Below are positions 12,095 through 20,000 of a DNA stretch of 20,000 bases, in pieces; position 1 is the stretch's first letter; each line of letters begins with the position of its first letter. The notes beneath the pieces were generated by a model. That model had not been told where the DNA came from. It worked only from the letters and a program-made list of their open reading frames with translations, and did no database searches. A program made the position numbers and the translations under genes. Location of the stretch: NCBI GenBank assembly GCA_001687465.1, contig LVLI01000175.1, forward strand, positions 122,750-142,749, given 5' to 3'. The stretch comes from Halocafeteria seosinensis. Its lineage: Eukaryota.

Positions 12095-12524
12095 CTGTCA
12101 GTGTAGATGGTATGTGTCCAGTGTGCGATGATGATGATGTCGTGTAGAAAAGGAGGCATTGAGCCTCAAATGATTGAGGGCATTCGCAGAAGACCGGCAG
12201 ATTGCAGAGAACCGATTCCTTCTGCGGAGGGAAATAAAAAAATAAAAAAAAAAAGGTTGGGAATGACCGAAACTTAGGCGCACGTGCGGCTCTTCTTTCT
12301 TCTAAGTACATGGTTTATGGAACACGTATACCTGGACGCCATCCCAGTATCTTCCCGACCCTCTATCAAATAGCGTTCCCCTTCTTCTCATAATTCCTTA
12401 GCTTGATACAACTTAACCAGCGCTACCACTGGCCACATTAGGAATTGGAATTTTTCGGGTATTTGTTCATATTCCTTATGGGTATACCACACACTCGCAG
12501 TCTCTCTCTCTCTCTGTATATATA

Positions 12525-12690
12525 TATATACGGTATATATATATACCAGTACCAGCATTGCTGGATACGACTAATTGTATGTCACTGTATCAGCCTCTTT
12601 CTTCGGTTCAAAGTAATTTTAGCCAAAGTGCGGTACCATTAAGAGGGTACTGGTTCTCGATACTGCTGGTATATATATATACCATATATA
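12525..12690. repeat. 166-bp segment with 27-bp TA-rich terminal inverted repeats (MITE-like), next to a (CT)n(TA)n microsatellite
   Basis: 12525-12551 (tatatacggtatatatatataccagta) matches the reverse complement of 12664-12690 (tatatatggtatatatatataccagca) with 2 mismatches. Confidence 0.5.
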
Positions 12691-13664
12691 CAATATGGCT
12701 AATATGTTAGACTGATTCCCCAACTATGTCTGCGCGTACGGATTCGGCGCCGCGCCACGACGCGAACGGACTAGATAGGAATTCCGAGGACCGTCGTTTA
12801 CTCATCTAGGGGAGCTCCTAGAACAGAAGGAATACGTCCGGATATAGTACTCTGTATGGATAAAAGGAGGCAGCCAAGTCGGAGAAGCTGTCGAAAAGCT
12901 CATGACCATTGCGGTAACGATAGAAGGAGCCTTCGACGATCACCCGGGAATTTTCAACAGCTTCTTCATGAAGCCCTTTCCTTTCAATGTACAAATCCGA
13001 TAGGTAAGAAGGATGACTATGCCAAATCACTCAAAGATTCCGTTTTGTTTTCTTGGAATAGGGGAAAGGGGAATTCTACAGTAAAGACAAGTGCGGGCAT
13101 CCTCTCCCGAAATGCCCCAGGGCAATTGGCTCATACGGAAGCGGGTGGTGCGGGTGAATCCCAATTTACGTAAACGTCCATTCCGCTGCGTCATTTTACA
13201 CGCCGCAAGAAGAAACCGTCATTGTGATCAAAAACCGAAAATTGAAGATTCCTTTTTACCTATCGGAATTTGAATCTATAGTGCTTCCCCACAGAGCATC
13301 GTCGGCTCGCCAACGTACTGGACTTCTAGAACGAAGTGTCGACTCCGCTCAGCTGCGCAAATTCATGAGTCATTGATATTGGTAAATGTTTCTTGGCTTT
13401 AAAACCACCTAGGAATATGCTCCATCGAATACCCTTTATTCAGGATTACCTATCAGCGACGATGCAGTTGGTGGCCTCGTTACTGTAAATGACTTCATCT
13501 CTGCTGAAGACGTGGAGCAAAATCCTCTAAGAACGAATGAGAATGACGATGGTGCTGAATCATTCTCCAAGTTCGAGCATATTGCGTCCGATGCAATGGA
13601 AGTGTTGGTAAATGGCAACTTAGAGTATTCCCGTGAACTGGAGTTGGCTGCTTCTCGCAGAAGC

Positions 13665-14140
13665 AATGTACTGTACCGGTATCGTCTGCTGCAATGTCCT
13701 TGTGTCTCTCAGGCCCCCAAAAACTTTGAAGAAAACAAAATATTTGTATAAATCTTGTGGTAAGGACTTTCTGCAAGAAATACTAGTATGTTGCCAAACG
13801 TATCCTGAAAAATGTTGGTTGTAAGGTTGCACTTGCAATCCACAGCGAATGATCCTGCGTCCGCCGCTATACATGGCTATACATGTAGTCCACTCTGAGC
13901 GCTGAAATGTACCATTCTGGTCAAAATATAGCTTGTAGCATCCATTACCCGGCTCCAGCACCATGTTTGGAGCAGCACATTCCACCATGTCGTACGTGAT
14001 GTGTTTCCTGTAATACAGTACCAGGTACCCTAATTTCCGTAATCGCCACGAGCACAATAGCAGCGACGAGTGTCGTGTACGTGCAAGATATCGTCGACCG
14101 TACAGCTGCATTATCGTCCGAAAAACAGTGCTTCTTCTCA
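13665..14140 (-). pseudogene. Degraded partial copy of the lipase-fusion gene (source about 10304-10758), intron retained
   Basis: Shared peptides EKKHCFSDD.AAVRSTI.CTYTTLVAAIVLVAITE, RKHITYDMVECAAPNMVLEPGNGCYKL.FDQNGTFQRSEWT and PERHKDIA.DDT, now split across reading frames. Confidence 0.92.
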
Positions 14141-14181
14141 CCAAAGAACGCTGCAATTTTTGCAATATTTGATACAATGTA

Positions 14182-14357
14182 CGTTGCTAAGTTACCAGTA
14201 CAGTGTATTGTGCAGAATGGTCGAATTGGGTATTGTGGAATATCTGAGTATTGTATCACCGTGCGAACCATAGACAAAGTGCAGCGAAAATACAAAACAG
14301 TCCACAGTACTCGGCGTACTACCCGCGCTAAGTACAAAACGCTGTACCCCAGCGCTC
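14182..14357 (+). repeat. Dispersed repeat, copy 2 (inside left arm)
   Basis: cgttgctaagtta...aatggtcgaattgggtattgtggaatatctgagtattgtatcaccgtgcgaaccat...cgcgctaagta...ccagcgctc. Confidence 0.88.
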
Positions 14358-14646
14358 CGATTGAGGCTCAGTCGGCCCAGCCTCGTCATAGCATGTCAGC
14401 AAAGGTTATCAACTATACCGGTATAAGGACTCTGGGCCAGAGTAACCAACTATGTGATAGTATACAGTAAATTAGTCAGTAATGCTGTATATCGATCCTG
14501 AAATGAAGAGATCTACTGTAATCCACCCTGAGCCTGCGAATCCATAGTTGGCTTTTCTGCATCGATCGAAGCCTCTGGCTATGTTCGTCGAGGACAGAGA
14601 GCATGAAACGGGACACGTTCTGGATATTCCAAATCGACTCAATCAA

Positions 14647-17600
14647 TCACTGTCTTTCCTGGTCCTCCCGCAAAGATTGAGCAATACTCATTCCCAGTTT
14701 CACTATCCCTGTGAGCAGAACAGATAAAATGGAATAGAGTAGGCGCTTGTCCAGCGGAATTCCTGGCCAAGCAGTTACCACGACGTCACATCCGTCTATG
14801 GATTCCTTTGCCTCGTGTAATGCAGAGTATGTGCCAGTTAGTGCAGCCTTCAGTTGAAGATTAGTCGGGCTAGTATCCAGCTCCGAGACGTTTCTTTCTT
14901 CTTTACCGACTTCTTCCAGCCATCGTTGTAAGCATATCGATACATCGTCGCGGTAATTCTCAACAGTAGAAGCTTTTAGTAAGAGAAAAAACAATATGAG
15001 GACGGCAAACAACCCGTCCAGCAAAACTGGACCCCGCTCTAAAGGGTTAACTCCTTCAATCCATGTATAAAGCAGATAGCCTCCAAATCCGATAATCGCG
15101 AGTAGTGTCGCGAGCACAGGACCGCTGTTTTCCGCAAAATCGTGCTGGCATTGAACCACTACTTCACGCCACATCTCCAGAAATGCATGAACATTCGACG
15201 ATAAATACAAGGGGACCTTAGCTGACAATCGGTACCCCAGTTTCCGTTCTAGGACTCCTTTCGCCATAGATAGAGGCCATATTCCGGTAAACATATGTAG
15301 GAGATAGTGGAAAGTACTGGAGAAGAACACTTCGTCGTCATGACTATCTTCCCGAACCATCTGATGAAGACACCTGACAGACACAGAATACGCCTCGATA
15401 GTGCTTCCGAAGGTAGCTATGAGAATGGCGACACATAACCCAATGAAAAGTCCACTGACAAGAACTCCTGTTCCGTCGACTATGCTGACAACGCCTCCGG
15501 AGAGAAATGAGCGCCTACCAATCTTAAAGTATGCTATGGAGTGTATCGCACAAGCAATTACACCTCCGGTAATGGAGAATATTCTTGTCCAGATATGTAT
15601 AGACCTCTGCCGGGCCTCCAGTAATACTTGGGAAACGAGAACATCTCTTCTTTCCACGGTAAACACGGCGTGATTGTTTCCAGGCACTGTGGTCTGAACA
15701 TGTTGAGGTACGTTGGGGTATGTGATATCCTGGACTCCCCGCGTAGAGTCGCCTGGATCAGAGACTTCGATCGTTCCATTGAAGACACCATTTTGATAGG
15801 CTCGGAGTCCTCCCTTGACATCTGCAAAACGCGATAAGCCGGCTGGACCATAAGAAAGTATCACTTTAGGAGTGCTCGTAAACGCCTGCAAGTAGCACCT
15901 ATCCACATACAGTGCTAACCAGAATCCAAAAACCACCACAAACGCAAAGACTATCAATACCAGTTGTTGTGCATACGGCTGGTTAGACTCGGACTTTGAC
16001 TGATACACAATCCAAGTTAGACCCAGTATTAGCCCAAAGAAAGCAAAACGACCCAAAACATACATTAACCTCTTTGATATCCCAGAATGTGGATAGTTGT
16101 TGAGTTGTAGGGTTTGGAACAGGAAGAAAACATCCATAAATAACCACCCTTTTGCAGGGCCCCAAAACGATCGAACCATTCGCGGTCGAGCGGCACGGCT
16201 CCAGACACAGAGAGAGGCACGAATGCTAGGTAACGCTAAGAGAATTAGTGCTACAAAAACCGGCACCACGGATGCACCTCGTAACCATCTAGGAAATTCC
16301 AACAGGTGACGGAGATATAACGCCCCAGCAGCAGCTGTCGCAAAGGGTTTGCAAAATGTGGGCATATCGAAAAAGGTATTATGCATGCAATTTCCGGGGA
16401 AAGCGCTGATACTTAACTGAGACGCACATGCCAAACGAGGAGAGACTCGTCGTCTATCCAAAGCAACATGTTCTCCATCGATACCTGTACAGTTCCTATC
16501 CAAAGGGGGGGCCCCTCGAGTAAACATTCCTTTCTCGAATGCGCACGCAAGTAACGTGGTATGTTCCGACCTTTAAGGCATCTTCCGGAGATATTCCGGA
16601 AGAGTTGCAAAGCAGCATGATGAGCCCCTCGAACTTAATGGAGGGAGATCCACAGCGCCTTGATAGACCAGTCACCATTCTGCACAAACAGTCCTTGGAA
16701 GGAAATATCTCACGTATGTTTCCATAAACGATTATTCCCAGAGTGCGTTCATAACTTGTGGCTACAATCTCAGAAATCCAGAATGCAAGCTCATCATGAT
16801 TTGTTTTTGCTGCTGAAACATCGAGAAATACGATATCACTAGAAACGAGATATTTTACGATACAATAGGAATCCTTATCATCATGTATCCTCCTTTGGAG
16901 GAGTACCGCGTACCCGTCCCATGGACAACCGATCAAGTCCTCGCACGCTTGATTAGGCCCCTGACGATCGAAAATCCTCTGATTAAAAAGATCCTGCGGC
17001 TCGGCTTTGGCAACCCTCACACCACAAAAACTCCTAATGGGGTTCAGAGCTGATACGGTGAAGTAGAGTAACACTGTGAGCAGGGAAATTACCGCATACC
17101 CCAAGGAAAACGCCACCATTCTGAAACCATAAAAGCGTCTGGTGTTACTTGGCCGGATGTATCGCTTATAAGTATTTAGTGGCTTCCAGATCCATTCGTC
17201 TGCAGTGCCGTGGGAATCACCTTCACGGCGCCACTCACACTTACCTGTACAACCACTATCGTCGGTAACTCCGCCACGTATAATGGTAGTCATTATTGTT
17301 TGAGTGGGAAATTGGTTATCTCCCAGCTCTCTGTATGTTTCCCTTCTTTCTGTTTCGAAACGTGGGTGACTGTTGTCATACAACTGTATCCTACCTGTGT
17401 ACTTTGCCTCGCGCTGTTCACGTTGTTCATCACCCAGTTCTGAATCCCAACTTCTCTCTTGGTATGCATTATCCATGCTGGAAATACACGCTGAAGTGGT
17501 CATGTCGTCCGCTGATTCTGCAGTTCGTAGGCTCGCAGATCCACCGTGACCTTGCTCCTTAGCTCTTCCCGTGTCAATGTCGTCGCTTTCCGGGTACAGT

Positions 17601-17725
17601 AACGGAGCAGTCAGCTCATTAGCGCGATTTCCGTTTGTAGTGGGAAGCTCGCACTCTGATCCTCCCTCGACATCATCCTGTTGAATTCCTCTTCTCCCCT
17701 TTTGGTCACGGACTCTGGTCGACAT
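14647..17725 (-). CDS. Multi-exon polytopic membrane protein (about 927 aa) with a C-terminal 7TM ion-channel-like (PHTF/DUF3537/GRL) region; proposed exons 17725-16571, 16484-16428, 16334-16278, 16225-16064, 15999-14647
   Basis: The 447-aa and 626-aa ORFs can be joined by four phase-0 GT-AG introns (86, 93, 52, 64 nt); the last has a GTATGT donor and CTAAC branch site. The acidic disordered N-terminus has a PLL motif, and the C-terminus ends VTAWPGIPLDKRLLYSILSVLLTGIVKL. The middle exons are tentative. Confidence 0.7.
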
Positions 17726-18065
17726 ACTGTGTTGAAAGTGTTGTACCTTTTCAATGCTGGTCGTTGCTTGGGTGATGACAACACAAAGGCGGCATTCATT
17801 GGGTCGTCTTCGCTTCTGACATGAAAGCAGCGCAAACAATCACGACGAATTGGCTTTTAAACAATCAAATACAGCAGCTTGAGAACTAAACAGGATACTT
17901 TGCCACGAACCCCTTCTTCACACGACGACGAAGATGTGACTGATGGCCCACCGGCAGCTGGATGTTAGCCGCTACACTTAGGTAGCAGCTGGCGCCCGTG
18001 TCTGGCAGCTATAGCCTACAGGCCCGCTGTTCCACCAGGGTTCCACTTCACAACAACAGCCGCTT

Positions 18066-18324
18066 CTGAAATTTTGGAATAGTTGATACAGAACGATGCT
18101 AAGTTATTGTTCGGAATGGTCGAATTGGGTATTGTGGAACATCTGAGTATTGTATTACCGTACGAACCATGGACACAGTGCAGCGAACATACAAAACAGC
18201 ACCGGCCACGCCTCTTGTCGGCTGCCGCCTGCAAGTGCCCGCGCTAAGTAGAACACGGAATAACTTCGTATCCAGCGCTCACTACCACTACACTTTGTGC
18301 AGTCTGTAAGTCACAAGTTCAGTT
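18066..18324 (+). repeat. Dispersed repeat, copy 3, abutting the inner end of the right arm
   Basis: Colinear with 11246-11478, with similarity extending to tcacaagttcagtt, just before the arm starts at 18329. Confidence 0.9.
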
Positions 18325-18491
18325 ACTGTACAGTAGATCTCTTCATTTCAGGATCGATATACAGCATTACTGACTAATTTACTGTATACTATCACATAGT
18401 TGGTTACTCTGGCCCAGAGTCCTTATACCGGTATAGTTGATAACCGTTGCTGACATGCTATGACGAGGCTGGGCCGACTGAGTCTCAATCG

Positions 18492-18660
18492 GAGCGCTGG
18501 GGTACAGCGTTTTGTACTTAGCGCGGGCAGTACGCCGAGTACTGTGGACTGCTTTGTATTTTCGCTGCACTTTGTCTATGGTTCGCACGGTGATACAATA
18601 CTCAGATATTCCACAATACCCAATTCGACCATTCGCCACAATACTGGTAACTTAGCAACG
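18492..18660 (-). repeat. Dispersed repeat, copy 4 (inside right arm, inverted)
   Basis: Reverse complement of 14182-14357. Confidence 0.88.
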
Positions 18661-18701
18661 TACATTGTATCAAATATTGCAAAAATTGCAGCGTTCTTTG
18701 G

Positions 18702-19179
18702 TGAGAAGAAGCACTGTTTTTCGGACGATAATGCAGCTGTACGGTCGACGATATGTTGCACGTACACGACACTCGTCGCTGCTATTGTGCTCGTGGCGAT
18801 TACGGAAATTAGGGTACCTGGTATTACAGGAAACACATCACGTACGACATGGTGGAATGTGCTGCTCCAAACATGGGGCTGGAGCCGGGTAATGGATGCT
18901 ACAAGCTATATTTTGACCAGAATGGTACATTTCAGCGCTCAGAGTGGACTACACTGTACATGTATAGCCATGTATAGCGGCGGACGCAGGATCATTCGCT
19001 GTGGATTGCAAGTGCAACCTTACAACCAACATTTTTCAGGATACGTTTGGCAACATACTAGTATTTCTTGCAGAAAGTCCTTACCACAAGATTCATACAA
19101 ATATTTCGTTTTCTTCAAAGTTTTTGGGGGCCTGAGAGACACAAGGACATTGCAGCAGACGATACCGGTACAGTACATT
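18702..19179 (+). pseudogene. Second degraded partial copy of the lipase-fusion gene (right arm)
   Basis: EKKHCFSDDNAAVRSTICCTYTTLVAAIVLVAITE, then frameshifts; GPERHKDIAADDT appears in another frame. Confidence 0.92.
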
Positions 19180-20000
19180 GCTTCTGCGAGAAGCAGCCAA
19201 CTCCAGTTCACGGGAATACTCTAAGTTGCCATTTACCAACACTTCCATTGCATCGGACGCAATATGCTCGAACTTGGAGAATGATTCAGCACCATCGTCA
19301 TTCTCATTCGTTCTTAGAGGATTTTGTTCCACGTCTTCAGCAGAGATGAAGTCATTTACAGTAACGAGGCCACCAACTGCATCGTCGCTGATAGGTAATC
19401 CTGAATAAAGGGTATTCGATGGAGCATATTCCTAGGTGGTTTTAAAGCCAAGTAACATTTACCAATATCAATGACTCATGAATTTGCGCAGCTGAGCGGA
19501 GTCGACACTTCGTTCTAGAAGTCCAGTACGTTGGCGAGCCGACGATGCTCTGTCTGGAAGCACTATAGATTCAAATTCCGATAGGTAAAAAGGAATCTTC
19601 AATATTCGGTTTTTGATCACAATGACGGTTTCTTCTTGCGGCGTGTAAAATGACGCAGCGGAATGGACGTTTACGTAAATTGGGATTCACCCGCACCACC
19701 CGCTTCCGTATGAGCCAATTGCCCTGGGGCATTTCGGGAGAGGATGCCCGCACTTGTCTTTACTGTAGAATTCCCCTTTCCCCTATTCCAAGAAAACAAA
19801 ACGGAAAGTTTGAGTGATTTGGCATAGTCATCCTTCTTACCTATCGGATTTGTACATTGAAAGGAAAGGGCTTCATGAAGAAGCTGTTGAAAATTCCCGG
19901 GTGATCGTCGAAGGCTCCTTCTATCGTTACCGCAATGGTCATGAGCTTTTCGACAGCTTCTCCGACTTGGCTGCCTCCTTTTATCCATACAGAGTACTAT

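Larger units (their letters stand above)
12844..14520 (+). repeat. Left arm of a long inverted repeat; outer end undefined because the partner runs off the window
   Basis: Reverse complement of 18329-20000. Mirrored ORFs: 12856-13173(+) with 19671-19988(-), and 13512-13751(+) with 19093-19332(-). Identity ends at ...gagatctactgta (14520). Confidence 0.97.
18329..20000 (-). repeat. Right arm of the long inverted repeat, truncated by the window end
   Basis: Reverse complement of 12844-14520 with scattered substitutions and a few 5-7 nt indels. Confidence 0.97.

Noticed and set aside
14647..17839. Two separate overlapping genes or a programmed frameshift (447 aa + 626 aa)
   Set aside because: Canonical GT-AG introns join them in frame, so one spliced gene is the simpler model.
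18460..19224. 254-aa ORF and the other ORFs mirrored in the two arms
   Set aside because: Chimeric read-through of repeat DNA and frameshifted lipase fragments. The frame is not preserved in the other arm.
1..20000. Prokaryotic systems (CRISPR array, operon, isc cluster) or an autonomous transposase
   Set aside because: Genes have spliceosomal introns, there are no regularly spaced repeats, and I found no DDE, reverse transcriptase or tyrosine recombinase motifs in any ORF.

Overview
Compact eukaryotic DNA, probably from a flagellated protist, with short GT-AG introns of about 52-100 nt. The left half (1-10.9 kb) holds ordinary genes: the 3' part of a CRT-like transporter, a TMEM17/TMEM216-family ciliary protein, a disordered 733-aa protein with 4E-T-like motifs, mitochondrial cysteine desulfurase NFS1, and a 5-exon gene fusing a multi-pass membrane domain to a class-3 lipase. 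The right half (11-20 kb) is rearranged accessory DNA. Two near-identical inverted arms of at least 1.67 kb (<=12844-14520 and 18329->=20000) bracket a multi-exon membrane-protein gene whose C-terminus resembles the 7TM ion-channel superfamily (PHTF/DUF3537/gustatory-receptor-like). The arms are mosaics containing an intron-retaining copy of part of the neighbouring lipase gene and a dispersed ~200-bp repeat. The clearest indels between repeat copies are TA -> TA-N(3-5)-TA insertions, sometimes stacked, which look like Tc1/mariner excision footprints. All gene models and family calls were made by eye, without database searches.
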